Assembly (NCBI RefSeq): GCF_945952055.1
Contig: NZ_CAMFHB010000003.1
Location: 164,323 to 228,322, forward strand
Direction: 5' to 3'
DNA length: 64,000 nt
Origin: an uncultured Alsobacter sp.
GTDB taxonomy: Bacteria; Pseudomonadota; Alphaproteobacteria; Rhizobiales; Beijerinckiaceae
Position 1 is the stretch's first letter; every line of letters starts with the position of its first letter. The notes below the pieces were generated by a model, which saw only the letters and a program-made list of their open reading frames with translations, was not told the origin of the DNA and did no database searches. Shown here one piece after another: positions 53,460-62,996 of the stretch. The position numbers and the translations under genes are program-made.

Positions 53460-55321
53460 TTGCCCGCTCCCGTCTTCTTCGCCTTCTCGGCGTCCCACCA
53501 CCATAGTTCGGTGAAGAGGGGCGCGCCGTATTTCGGCATGGGATCTGGCCGTCCGAAGCGGTTCCAGCGGGCCGTGCGGGTGAAGTTGTAGGTCCACTGC
53601 GGCACGACGTAGTCGTGGGCCAGCAGCACCCGGTCGAGGGCGCGCGTGGCCGCGACGAGGTCCTCGCGGTTCTTGGCGAAGATGATCTGGTCGATCAGGG
53701 CGTCGATGGCCGGGTCCTTGATGCCGAGCGTGTTGCGCGAGCCCGGCCGGTCGGCGGCCTTCGATCCCCAGAAGTCCCGCTGCTCGTTGCCCGGCGACAG
53801 GGACTGCGCCCACAGGTCGGTGGTGATGTCGAAGTCGAAGTCCCGCATCCGGTTCTCGTACTGCGAGGGATCGACGACGCGCAGCGACACGCCGATGCCG
53901 AGGCGTTCGAGCGACGGCTTGTAGAACAGCACGTAGCGCTCCGAGGTCGGGTCGTAGGCCAGGAACTCGACCGTCATGGCCTCGCCGGTCTTGGCGTTGA
54001 CGCGCTTGTTGCCCCGGATCTCCCAGCCGGCCTCCTTCAGGAGACGGTCGGCCTCGCGCAGGTTGTCGCGCACGGCGTTCGGGTTGCCGCCCACGGGGTT
54101 CGTGTAGGGCGTTGTGAAGACGCTCTCGGGGATCTTGCCGCGCAGTCCCTCCAGGATGTCCTTCTCGCGGCCCTGCGGCAGAGCCGAAGAGGCCAGTTCC
54201 GTGCCGTCGAAGAAACTCGTGATGCGCTGGTACTGGCCGAAGAAGATCTGCTTGTTCATCTCCTCGAAGTCGAAGGCCAGGTTGAAGGCGCGCCTGACCC
54301 GCTGGTCCTGGAACTTGGCGCGGCGAAGATTGAACGCGAAGGCCTGCATGCGGCCGGTGGCGCGCTCGGAAAACTCTTCGCGGACGACGCGTCCGTCCTT
54401 CGCGGCGGGGAAGTCGTAGCCCGTGGCCCAATTCTTGGCGCTGTTCTCCACCCGGAAGTCGTACTGGTCGCCCTTGAAGGCCTCCAGCAGCACGGTGGAG
54501 TCGCGGAAATACTCGAAGCGGATCTCGTCGAAATTGTTGGTGCCGACCCGCACCGGCAGCTCCTTGCCCCAATAGTCCTTCACCCGCTCGTAGACGGCGT
54601 TGCGCTGGGCGTCGAAGCTCTTCAGCCGGTAGGGCCCGGAGCCCATCGGCGGCTCCAGCGTGGTCTGGGAGATGTTGCGCTTCTTGCCGTCGGGCGTGGT
54701 GCCCTCCCACCAGTGCTTCGGCAGGATCGTCAGCTGGCCCACGATCTGCGGGAGCTCGCGGTTGCCGGGCTGGTCGAAGGTGAACGTGACCTCGTGCTCC
54801 CCGGTCTTCTCCGCCTTCGTGACGTGCTGGTAGTAGAACGCGTACATCGGGCTGTTCGCCTTGAACGCGTCGAAGGAGAAAATCACGTCCTCCGGCGTCA
54901 CCGGCTTGCCGTCCTGCCAACGGGCCTCGGCCCTGAGCCTGTAGGTCACCGAGGAGAAGTCGTCGGGGTATTTCAGAGCCTCGGCGAGCAGACCGTAGGC
55001 GGTGGAGACCTCGTCGAAGGCCTGCTGTGTCAGCTGTTCGTAGACGAGGGCGACGCCGCCCTGGAGCTGCCCCTTCACGCCGGCCACGGCCATGTTGAAG
55101 TTGTCGAAGCCGCCCTGGGCGGCCAGGCGGGCGGTGCCGCCCTTCGGCGCGTCGGGATTGACGTAGTCGAAGCGCTTGAAGCCGTCCTTGTATTTCGGTT
55201 CCCCCATCAGCGAGACCCCGTTGCGCCAGCCGTCGGTCGACTGGGCGTCGGCGGGGCGGTGCACCGCGACGAGCGAGGCGCACAGGAGGCCGGCGACGAG
55301 GATCAGGCGGCGCATGGTCAT
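53456..55321 (-). CDS. yejA: Family-5 periplasmic substrate-binding protein (YejA-like), copy 1
   Basis: Sec signal peptide MTMRRLILVAGLLCASLVAVHRPADAQ. About 620 aa, SBP_bac_5-like. Confidence 0.85.
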   Translation of the reverse strand: MTMRRLILVAGLLCASLVAVHRPADAQSTDGWRNGVSLMGEPKYKDGFKRFDYVNPDAPKGGTARLAAQGGFDNFNMAVAGVKGQLQGGVALVYEQLTQQAFDEVSTAYGLLAEALKYPDDFSSVTYRLRAEARWQDGKPVTPEDVIFSFDAFKANSPMYAFYYQHVTKAEKTGEHEVTFTFDQPGNRELPQIVGQLTILPKHWWEGTTPDGKKRNISQTTLEPPMGSGPYRLKSFDAQRNAVYERVKDYWGKELPVRVGTNNFDEIRFEYFRDSTVLLEAFKGDQYDFRVENSAKNWATGYDFPAAKDGRVVREEFSERATGRMQAFAFNLRRAKFQDQRVRRAFNLAFDFEEMNKQIFFGQYQRITSFFDGTELASSALPQGREKDILEGLRGKIPESVFTTPYTNPVGGNPNAVRDNLREADRLLKEAGWEIRGNKRVNAKTGEAMTVEFLAYDPTSERYVLFYKPSLERLGIGVSLRVVDPSQYENRMRDFDFDITTDLWAQSLSPGNEQRDFWGSKAADRPGSRNTLGIKDPAIDALIDQIIFAKNREDLVAATRALDRVLLAHDYVVPQWTYNFTRTARWNRFGRPDPMPKYGAPLFTELWWWDAEKAKKTGAGK

Positions 55322-55418
55322 TCGGTCTTCCTCCGGGGCAACGCGACGCGCAGTGTGGTGGGGATTATGTCGCTTTTTCGCCTGCCCGCCAGTTGTCACG
55401 CGGCCGGATCGAGGCCGT

Positions 55419-55451
55419 GAAAAACAAAAGGCCGGGACTTGGCCCGGCCTT
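55419..55451 (-). terminator. Rho-independent terminator downstream of the cytochrome c gene
   Basis: On the minus strand: stem AAGGCCGGG / CCCGGCCTT (9 bp, 6-nt loop) followed by TTTTGTTTTT. Confidence 0.78.
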
Positions 55452-55480
55452 CGCAATCGGTTCGCTGGATCGTGCGCCCG

Positions 55481-56038
55481 TCAGGGCTTCGGCAGCTCGG
55501 CGGGGCTGTCCGACAGCGTGCGCAGATAGGCGAGCAGGTCGGCCCGCTTGTCGGCCTCCTTCAGGCCGGCGAAGCCCATGGCCGTTCCCGAAATGTAGCC
55601 CTTCGGGTTCTCGATGAACTTGTTCAGGGTCTCGAACGTCCAGGTTTCGCCCTTGGCGGAGCGCTCCTTGAAGGCGGCCGAGTAGTTGAAGCCCTCGTGG
55701 CTGCCGACCTTGTGGCCAATCACGCCCCAAAGGCCGGGGCCGATCTTGTTCGGTCCGCCCTTTTCCAGGGCATGGCAGGACGTGCAGACCTTGGCCTGGG
55801 CCTGGCCCTTCGCCGGGTCGGCCTTGGCCAGCAGGACCGGGAGCGGCTCGGCGGCCGCGGCGGGGGCCGCGGAGGCAGCCGGCTTCTCCTCGGCGGAGGG
55901 AAGCGCGTAGCCGGCCACGATCTTGGCCGGAGAAGCGAAGATCACGTCGGCGACGATGCCGAGCCCCATCAGGAACAGGCAGCTCCCGAGCACTGCCCCG
56001 GCAATCTTGTTGAACTCGAAGGAATCCATCCCGAACAT
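55481..56038 (-). CDS. cycM: Membrane-anchored cytochrome c (CycM-like)
   Basis: N-terminal TM anchor, Ala/Pro linker, heme motif CTSCH, and a distal Met context (SGTAMGFAG). Confidence 0.85.
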   Translation of the reverse strand: MFGMDSFEFNKIAGAVLGSCLFLMGLGIVADVIFASPAKIVAGYALPSAEEKPAASAAPAAAAEPLPVLLAKADPAKGQAQAKVCTSCHALEKGGPNKIGPGLWGVIGHKVGSHEGFNYSAAFKERSAKGETWTFETLNKFIENPKGYISGTAMGFAGLKEADKRADLLAYLRTLSDSPAELPKP

Positions 56039-56245
56039 GCGTCTCTCCGACCCCCGTGCCTGCCGCGTCGCGTCTCGTGGGCCAAAATGCGGGTCCGCAA
56101 CCCCAAAAGGGGCACGATCCCGCGGGCGACACCGCCGGGCGGCGGATGATTACCCGCTTTGACGCGCCTTTGGCAACTCGTATAAGCGCGCTCGCGCTTG
56201 ATACTTTGTGACGCTGCCCCATCCGCACGCGAGGATCCGTCGTCC

Positions 56246-56992
56246 ATGTCCGATCCGGTCGTTCTCGTTCCCGCCCGCATGGCCTCCACCAGGCTCCCGG
56301 GCAAGCCGCTCGCCGACATCCTCGGCGAGCCCATGATCGTCCACGTCTGGCGCCGTGCCGTCGAGGCCGGCCTCGGCCCCGTGGTCGTGGCGACCGACGA
56401 GCCGGGGATCGTGCGCGCCATCGAGGCCGTCGGCGGCATCGCCGTGATGACCCGCTCGGACCACCCGTCCGGTTCGGACCGGATCTTCGAGGCGCTGGAG
56501 ACCTTCGATCCCGAGGGGCGGCACGACGTGCTGGTGAACGTGCAGGGCGACCTGCCGACCATCGATCCCGCCGCGATCCAGGCCTCGATCCTTCCCCTTT
56601 CCAACCCCGCCGTGGACATCGCGACGCTGGGCGTCGAGATCACGCGCGAGGAGGAAAAGACGGACCCCAACGTGGTCAAGATCGTCGGGTCCCCGACGCT
56701 GCCGAACCAGCTCCGCGCCCTTTATTTCACCCGCGCCACCGCCCCGTTCGGTGCCGGGCCGCTCTATCACCACATCGGCCTGTATGCCTACCGCCGTCGC
56801 GCACTCACCCGCTTCGTGTCGCTCCCGCCCTCCGTTCTGGAACGGCGCGAGCGCCTGGAGCAGCTGCGCGCGGTGGAGGATGGCATGCGCATCGACGTGG
56901 CCCTCGTCAACGACGTCCCCCTGGGCGTCGACACGCCGCATGACCTCGACCGGGCCCGGGCCATCCTGGCCGGTCGCACCAAAGGACACTGA
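56246..56992 (+). CDS. kdsB: 3-deoxy-manno-octulosonate cytidylyltransferase
   Basis: [21 protein letters not shown] and VNVQGDLP motifs. Confidence 0.92.
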   Translation: MSDPVVLVPARMASTRLPGKPLADILGEPMIVHVWRRAVEAGLGPVVVATDEPGIVRAIEAVGGIAVMTRSDHPSGSDRIFEALETFDPEGRHDVLVNVQGDLPTIDPAAIQASILPLSNPAVDIATLGVEITREEEKTDPNVVKIVGSPTLPNQLRALYFTRATAPFGAGPLYHHIGLYAYRRRALTRFVSLPPSVLERRERLEQLRAVEDGMRIDVALVNDVPLGVDTPHDLDRARAILAGRTKGH

Positions 56993-56997
56993 CTGCG

Positions 56998-57861
56998 ATG
57001 CCCCAGACCAAGAAGGTGATCGCCTACCAGGGCGAGCCCGGCGCGAACTCCCACATCGCGTGCCGCGACGTCTACCCGGACTGGGAGCCGCTGCCCTGCG
57101 CGACCTTCGAGGACGCCTTCGCCGCCATCCGCGAAGGGGCGGCCGGGCTCGGAATGATCCCGATCGAGAACTCGATCGCGGGCCGCGTGGCCGACATCCA
57201 TCATTTCCTGCCGGCCTCGGGCCTGCACATCATCGGCGAGTACTTCCTGCCGATCCACTTCCAGCTGCTGTGCATCAAGGGCGCCTCGCTGGCGACGATC
57301 AAGTCGGTCTACAGCCACGTGCATGCGCTGGGGCAGTGCCGCAAGATCATCCGCAAGCTCGGGCTGAAGCCGATCATCACCGGCGACACGGCGGGCTCGG
57401 CCCGCGAAGTCCGTGACTGGAACGACCCCAGCCGCGCCTCGCTGGCAACCAGCCTCGCCGCCGACATCTATGGCCTGGACACGCTCGCCCAGGACGTCGA
57501 GGACGAGACCCACAACACCACGCGCTTCGTGGTCCTGTCGAAGACGCCCAAGTGGGCCCCGGCCGGCAACGGGCCCACCGTGACCACGTTCCTGTTCCGC
57601 GTCCGCAACGTTCCCGCGGCCCTCTACAAGGCCATGGGCGGCTTCGCCACGAACGGCGTCAACATGACCAAGCTCGAGAGCTACATGGTCGACGGCGAGT
57701 TCTCGGCGACCCAGTTCCTGGCGGACGTCGACGGCCATCCCGAGGACCGGGGGTTGAAGCTGGCGCTCGAGGAGCTCGCCTTCTTCTCCAAGGAGGTCCG
57801 CATGCTGGGCGTCTACCCGGCGCATCCGTACCGGGCCGAGAGCCAGGCGGCGGCGGAGTAG
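56998..57861 (+). CDS. pheA: Prephenate dehydratase
   Basis: PDT domain (AYQGEPGANSH, TRF motif NTTRFVVL) and a C-terminal ACT domain (ESYM... variant). Confidence 0.92.
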   Translation: MPQTKKVIAYQGEPGANSHIACRDVYPDWEPLPCATFEDAFAAIREGAAGLGMIPIENSIAGRVADIHHFLPASGLHIIGEYFLPIHFQLLCIKGASLATIKSVYSHVHALGQCRKIIRKLGLKPIITGDTAGSAREVRDWNDPSRASLATSLAADIYGLDTLAQDVEDETHNTTRFVVLSKTPKWAPAGNGPTVTTFLFRVRNVPAALYKAMGGFATNGVNMTKLESYMVDGEFSATQFLADVDGHPEDRGLKLALEELAFFSKEVRMLGVYPAHPYRAESQAAAE

Positions 57862-57894
57862 GGATTTTCCCGGTTCTTTTTCTTTCCTCTCCGC

Positions 57895-57980
57895 GTCCTG
57901 GCCGGGCTTGGCCCGGCCATCCACGACTTCAGGACGGCCCCGGCAAAGTCGTGGGTGCCCGGGCCAAGCCCGGGCAGGAC
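57895..57980. repeat. Composite palindromic intergenic element (REP/RIME-like)
   Basis: Two 35-nt arms (57895-57929 and 57946-57980) are inverted copies matching at 32/35 positions. Each arm contains its own GGCCGGG...CCCGGCC palindrome. The arms are separated by 16 nt and preceded by a polypyrimidine tract. Confidence 0.7.
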
Positions 57981-58037
57981 GGGTGAGGGGTGGTCGCGAC
58001 GGCGATAGGTGAGCTGTCTGAACAGGCGCTGCCGTGC

Positions 58038-58997
58038 TCAGGGTTCCTCGCCCTCGAAGGCCCAGGCGCGCATGATGCCGTTGGCGATGGCGATGGGGGG
58101 CGGGCAGATCAGGCCGTTGGGGTGGGTGCGGTCGAGCATCTGGCGAACCTCCTCCCGCGAGAACCAGCGGGCGTCCTCCAGCTCGTTGTTGTCGACCGTG
58201 AGCTTGTCGTCGGTCGCCTCGGCGATGCAGCCGATCATCAGCGAGGCCGGGAAGGGCCAGGGCTGCGAGGCGAGGTAGCGCACCTTGCCCGTGGCCACTC
58301 CCGCTTCCTCGAAGAGTTCCCGCCGCACGGCGTCCTCGATCGTTTCACCGGGCTCGATGAAGCCGGCGAGGCACGAGTAGGACTTGGCCACGAACCGGGC
58401 CTGGCGGCCGAGCACGCAGCGGTCGCCGCGGACGGCGAGCATGATCGCCACCGGGTCGGTGCGCGGGAAGTGCTGGGCACCGCAGGCGGCGCACTCGCGG
58501 CGCCATCCCTCCGCCTTGGCCGCGGTCGGCTGGCCGCAATGGGAGCAGAAGCGGTGGCGCTGGTGCCAGAAGAGCAGGCTCTTGCCCTGGGCCAGCCAGC
58601 CGAGCCGCTCGGGTGGCAGCATGCCCTGGACCGCGAGCGTCCGCAGGTCGATGCGCACGATGTCGCCGCCCTGGTCCGAATCCGCCGCCGGGGCGTCGAG
58701 CACGCAGGCGAAGATCGGAACGCTGCCATCGGGCCCGTCCTCGTCGAGGCCAAGGAAGGCGGATTCGCGGATCACGCCCTGGGCTTCCACCTCGTCGAGG
58801 CGGAACAGGGGATCGAGCGCCTCGCCGTTGCGGTGAAGCAGGGGCACGTCCCCGGCGATCACCAGGGTCCGCGCCAGGGGCGACGCCCTGAGCCCGGCCA
58901 TGCGCGCGGCATCGTCGCGGTGCTCGGCCAGGCGGTCCAGGCCGTTGATGGAATAGCCGAGCGTCGTCGAGCGCTCGCCGTGAACGATCCGGACCAT
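58038..58997 (-). CDS. nudC: NAD+ diphosphatase (NudC, Nudix family)
   Basis: Zinc ribbon CSHCG...CAACG and Nudix box GFIEPGETIEDAVRRELFEEAGV. Start at the Met at 58997. Confidence 0.85.
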   Translation of the reverse strand: MVRIVHGERSTTLGYSINGLDRLAEHRDDAARMAGLRASPLARTLVIAGDVPLLHRNGEALDPLFRLDEVEAQGVIRESAFLGLDEDGPDGSVPIFACVLDAPAADSDQGGDIVRIDLRTLAVQGMLPPERLGWLAQGKSLLFWHQRHRFCSHCGQPTAAKAEGWRRECAACGAQHFPRTDPVAIMLAVRGDRCVLGRQARFVAKSYSCLAGFIEPGETIEDAVRRELFEEAGVATGKVRYLASQPWPFPASLMIGCIAEATDDKLTVDNNELEDARWFSREEVRQMLDRTHPNGLICPPPIAIANGIMRAWAFEGEEP

Positions 58998-59008
58998 GCC
59001 GTGTCTCC

Positions 59009-59434
59009 CTACAAGCCGCCGAGGCCGGCTGCGATCCGCCGGGCGAGTTCCCTGCCGGCCGTCTCGGCATAGGGCAGGGCCGGTGCGAAGCCGAAGACCG
59101 GCTTCGGCCAGGCCTCGTCGGTTGCGAAGCGCGCGACCACGTGGACGTGCAACTGCGGCACCATGTTGCCGATGGCGCAGACGTTGAGCTTCTCGGCCCG
59201 GAACAGATCGCGCATCACGACGGATGCGGCCGAGATCTCCCGCCACAGGATCGCCTGCTCGGGCTCGGCGAGATCGATCGTCTCGCGGATGGCTGGCCGG
59301 CGTGGCACCAGCAGGATCCAGGGAAAGCGGGTGTTGTTCATCAGCAGCACCCGGGACAGCAGCAGGTCGCCCACGGGGATCGTGTCGGCGGCGAGCTGGG
59401 GGTGCAGGGAGAAGGCAGCGGCAGGGTCGGTCAT
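59009..59434 (-). CDS. HIT-family (histidine triad) protein
   Basis: Histidine triad PQLHVHVVAR in a 141-aa protein. Confidence 0.85.
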   Translation of the reverse strand: MTDPAAAFSLHPQLAADTIPVGDLLLSRVLLMNNTRFPWILLVPRRPAIRETIDLAEPEQAILWREISAASVVMRDLFRAEKLNVCAIGNMVPQLHVHVVARFATDEAWPKPVFGFAPALPYAETAGRELARRIAAGLGGL

Positions 59435-59565
59435 CGCGAGGCTCGGCAGGGCACCGGGGTCGGGACCCTAGCCGAGGCCGCCCGCCTTGGCGAGCGCCCG
59501 CGGGGCGGAGCAGTGTCCCGCCGCCGCCGGGGCTGCATCATTCGGTCGCCGTCACTCTGTCGCCG

Positions 59566-60294
59566 TCACTCTGTCGCCCTGGCCTGGATGATCGCCTCGA
59601 GGAAACTGGCCAGGTCGGTCGTGGAGAAGTCGATGTAGGGCGCCTGCACCGCCGCCTGCTCGTCCGCCTCCCGGAACGGGTCGTGGTCGTGCGGCAGCAC
59701 CAGCACGGTCTTCATGCCGAGCGCCGACGGGACGACGAGGTTCTTGGCGAGGTCTTCGAACATGGCCGAGGCCTTCGGGTCGACGCCGTGCTTCTCGAGG
59801 AAGCGATCGTAGGTGCGGGCCTCGGGCTTGGGCACGAAGTCGGCGGCCACGATGTCGAAGATCTCCTCGAAATGCCCGATGATGCCGAGCTTGCCGGCGA
59901 CGTTCTCGGCATGGCGGCGCGATCCGTTGGTCAGGATGAGCTTGCGGCCGGGCAGGGCCTCGATGGCCTTACCGAGGCGCGGATTGGGATCGAGCAAGGA
60001 GAGATCGATCTCGTGGGCGAAATCGAGGAAGGCGTGCGCGTCGATGGCGTGCTCGTCCATCAGGCCCTTCAGCGTCGTGCCGTAGCGCTGGTAATAGTAC
60101 TTCTGCAGCGCGCGCGCCGACAGCCCGTCGATCCCGAACATCTCCTGCAGGAACAGCGTGATGCGCGCGTCCACCTGCGGCCAGAGCTGCGAGTGCGAGG
60201 GATAGAGGGTGTTGTCGAGGTCGAAGATCCAGTTGCCCACATGGGCGAAGGCGGGACCAAGGGCGACGGAAGACGGGGGGGACAGCTGTGTCAT
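59566..60294 (-). CDS. Pyrimidine 5'-nucleotidase (HAD superfamily)
   Basis: 242 aa from the Met at 60294. Motif I WIFDLDNTLY, LTNG, and a C-terminal FEDLAKNL. The rest of the 839-aa track ORF is spurious. Confidence 0.85.
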   Translation of the reverse strand: MTQLSPPSSVALGPAFAHVGNWIFDLDNTLYPSHSQLWPQVDARITLFLQEMFGIDGLSARALQKYYYQRYGTTLKGLMDEHAIDAHAFLDFAHEIDLSLLDPNPRLGKAIEALPGRKLILTNGSRRHAENVAGKLGIIGHFEEIFDIVAADFVPKPEARTYDRFLEKHGVDPKASAMFEDLAKNLVVPSALGMKTVLVLPHDHDPFREADEQAAVQAPYIDFSTTDLASFLEAIIQARATE

Positions 60295-60474
60295 GGGATC
60301 GGCGATCGTCCTCTGCGCCCGGGGCATTTTGATGGCGTGCCCGGCGAGCCTGGACCACTGTCGGGTGGGCAGCTTAACGCAAGCCTGTCCTGCGTGCACG
60401 GCCGCGCCGCCCCGCCAGGACGATTGACAGCAGCGTGAAGGATCCCCTTCATCGCGCGCTTCCCGGAGAATGCC

Positions 60475-62037
60475 ATGAACGGTGCCGATATCCTCTGCGA
60501 CACGCTGCTCGACCACGGCGTGGACGTCTGCTTCGCCAATCCCGGTACGTCCGAGATGCATTTCGTCGCGGCACTCGACCGCAAGCGCGAGATGCGGTGC
60601 GTGCTCGGACTGTTCGAGGGCGTGGTGACCGGTGCCGCCGACGGCTATGCCCGCATGGCCGACAAGCCCGCCGCCACGCTGCTGCACCTTGGGCCGGGCC
60701 TGGCCAACGGCCTCGCCAATCTCCACAACGCGCGCCGCGCGAGGACGCCCGTCGTCAACGTGGTCGGCGACCATGCCTCCTGGCACCTCGCCAACGACGC
60801 GCCGCTGACGAGCGACATCGAGAGCCTGGCGCGGCCCATGTCCCATTTCGTCCGCCGGATCGAAGGACCGGGCGACGTCGCGGCCGCGACCGCCGAGGCC
60901 TGGCGCGCGGCGGTGACCTTGCCGGGCGTGGCCACGCTGATCCTGCCTGGTGATGCGGCGTGGACGGACGTGACCGAGCCGCCGGCGCGCGGGCGCCAGG
61001 CGCGGATCGCGCCGCTGAAGGTCGCGTCGCAGACGATCGAAACGGTGGCCATGGCGGCCCGCAAGGTGCTCGCGCGCGGTGGGCGCGTGGACGTGCTCGT
61101 CAGCCAGGGTGGGCTGCGGGAGGTCGGGCTGGCGGCCGCCGGCAGGCTCGGGACCATCGCGGGGCTGCGCGTGCTGGCGCCGGGCTCCAACCCGCGCATG
61201 CAGCGCGGCCAGGGCCGCGTGACGCTGCCGCGCATCCCCTATCCCATCGACATGGGCATGGCGATGATGCGCGACACGGACCTGCTCGTGCTGGCGGGTG
61301 CTACGGTGCCGGTCGGCTTCTTCGCCTATCCCGGCAAGAGCGGGAAGCTCCTGCGCGACGATGCCGAGGTCGCGACCCTGGCCACCGCCGGGGACGACGT
61401 CGCCGCCGCGCTTGCGGATCTCGCCTCGGCGCTCGGCGCCGGGCCGGGCGGCGCGGTGGTCGGGCCGGACCAGAAGCCGCAGGGGCTGCCCTCCGGCCGA
61501 CTGTCGGCCGAGGTCATCGGCCAGGTCGTCGGGGCGCTGTTGCCGGAGAACGCGATCATCTGCGACGAGGCGATCACGGCGAGCGCGGCCATCCACGCCG
61601 GGACCGTGGGCGCGCCGCCGCACGACTACATCCAGCTCACCGGCGGGGCGATCGGCCTCGGCGTGCCCATGGCGGTGGGGGCGGCGGTCGCCTGCCCGGA
61701 CCGCAAGGTGGTGGCCGTGCAGGCCGACGGCAGCGCCATGTACACGATCCAGGGTCTGTGGACCCAGGCGCGCGAGTCGCTCGACGTGGTGACGATCATC
61801 GTCTCCAACCGCGCCTACGGGATCCTGCAGCACGAGATGCGCGGCGTCGGCATCAACAATGTCGGCGAGATGGCGGGCCGCATGCTGAGCCTCGACCGGC
61901 CGGACATCGACTTCGTCGGCGTGGCCAAGGGCCTCGGCGTCGACGGTGGTCGGGCGGAGACGGCGGAGGACCTCGCCGACCTTCTTCGCCGCGGCCTCGC
62001 CGGACGCGGTCCGTTCCTCATCGAGGCGGTGGTCTGA
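60475..62037 (+). CDS. Thiamine-diphosphate-dependent enzyme, acetolactate synthase large-subunit-like
   Basis: The N-terminal TPP pyrimidine-binding domain (GVDVCFANPGTSEMHF) and the C-terminal GG...GDGS...N ThDP-binding motif (QADGSAMYTIQGLWT...NRAYG). Confidence 0.85.
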   Translation: MNGADILCDTLLDHGVDVCFANPGTSEMHFVAALDRKREMRCVLGLFEGVVTGAADGYARMADKPAATLLHLGPGLANGLANLHNARRARTPVVNVVGDHASWHLANDAPLTSDIESLARPMSHFVRRIEGPGDVAAATAEAWRAAVTLPGVATLILPGDAAWTDVTEPPARGRQARIAPLKVASQTIETVAMAARKVLARGGRVDVLVSQGGLREVGLAAAGRLGTIAGLRVLAPGSNPRMQRGQGRVTLPRIPYPIDMGMAMMRDTDLLVLAGATVPVGFFAYPGKSGKLLRDDAEVATLATAGDDVAAALADLASALGAGPGGAVVGPDQKPQGLPSGRLSAEVIGQVVGALLPENAIICDEAITASAAIHAGTVGAPPHDYIQLTGGAIGLGVPMAVGAAVACPDRKVVAVQADGSAMYTIQGLWTQARESLDVVTIIVSNRAYGILQHEMRGVGINNVGEMAGRMLSLDRPDIDFVGVAKGLGVDGGRAETAEDLADLLRRGLAGRGPFLIEAVV

Positions 62038-62446
62038 GCTTCGCCTGCAGCACGGGAAACGTCGCGTAGAGCACCTGCGCGGCAAGGCCGATGCGCGCGG
62101 CGGTCTCGCGGTAGCCGCCCAGAAAGCTCGCGGGCGAGGTGCCCGCGACGACGAAGGCCAAAAGCGCCTCCAGAGCGACGAGCACGGCGAGTGCGGCGGC
62201 GCCCATGAGGATGCGGGACGCGGTGTCGGGACCGACGCCGTGTCGGCGCGCCGCGATGCCGCAGGCGAACCATCCCGCGGCCAGGATCACCGGCAGTTCC
62301 AGGAGCGTCGCGGCGGTGTCGCCGAGGCGCGGAGCGACGAGCAGGACCCGTGCGGTGCCCAGGATCGTGCCCGCCACCATCACCAGGGCGCTGGCCATGC
62401 TGCCGGCCAGGATCGCGCGGCCTGCGTCGGAACGCGTGGTCGTCAT
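62018..62446 (-). CDS. Hypothetical small membrane protein
   Basis: 142 aa from the Met at 62446, with four hydrophobic segments. Its 3' end overlaps the convergent ThDP-enzyme gene by 20 nt. No family recognised. Confidence 0.45.
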   Translation of the reverse strand: MTTTRSDAGRAILAGSMASALVMVAGTILGTARVLLVAPRLGDTAATLLELPVILAAGWFACGIAARRHGVGPDTASRILMGAAALAVLVALEALLAFVVAGTSPASFLGGYRETAARIGLAAQVLYATFPVLQAKLRPPPR

Positions 62447-62530
62447 CGGCCCATCCTGCGCTGTGCCATGCGGTGCGTCCTTGATCTGCTCCGCGTGCGG
62501 AGCGACGCTGCGACCTGCGGAGGCGGCGGC

Positions 62531-62980
62531 ATGTCGGACATGAACGAGATCAGGGAGGGCGAGGTCGTCGCAGAAGGGCTTCCGGAGCCCGGCGATGCGG
62601 CGCTCGTGTTCATCGGACGCATTCGGACGCCGTGGACCGATCGCAGCGCCTGTCCGCGGCAGGGGGATCCGGACGGGCCGATCTGCCGGCTGGAGCTGGC
62701 GCCGCCGTGGGAGCGGGCGCTCGTGGGTCTCGACGCGCACGAGACCTTGGAGGTGTTCTACTGGCTGCACCGGTCGCGGCGCGATCTCCTCGTGCAGCGC
62801 CGCAAGAAGGACGGCCTCCTGCGCGGGACGTTCTCGCTGCGCTCACCGGTGCGACCCAATCCGATCGGGACCTCGATCGCCCGGCTGGTGGGCATCGAGG
62901 GTTCCGTGGTCCTGGTGCGGGGGCTCGATTGCCTCGACGGCACACCCCTGATCGACCTGAAGCCGGAGCGGCGCCGCTGA
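62531..62980 (+). CDS. trmO: tRNA (m6t6A37) methyltransferase TrmO/TsaA family
   Basis: The pattern IGRIRTPW...RSPVRPNPIG...DGTPLIDLKP is typical of the UPF0066/TsaA fold. Confidence 0.85.
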   Translation: MSDMNEIREGEVVAEGLPEPGDAALVFIGRIRTPWTDRSACPRQGDPDGPICRLELAPPWERALVGLDAHETLEVFYWLHRSRRDLLVQRRKKDGLLRGTFSLRSPVRPNPIGTSIARLVGIEGSVVLVRGLDCLDGTPLIDLKPERRR

Positions 62981-62996
62981 GGCGCCGTCCATCCCC

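Noticed and set aside
51570-55283. Single 1237-aa ORF suggesting a giant fused binding protein
   Set aside because: The upstream half is out of frame with the real copy-1 SBP gene (53456..55321) and reads as Arg/Pro/Gly-rich noise. The recognisable SBP sequence starts only after the GTG at 53459, with its own signal peptide.
60295-62085. Upstream 597 codons of the 839-aa minus-strand ORF ending at 59566
   Set aside because: Only the last 242 codons (from MTQLSPPS...WIFDLDNTLY) look like a real HAD nucleotidase. The remainder is antisense to the ThDP-enzyme gene and compositionally noise-like.
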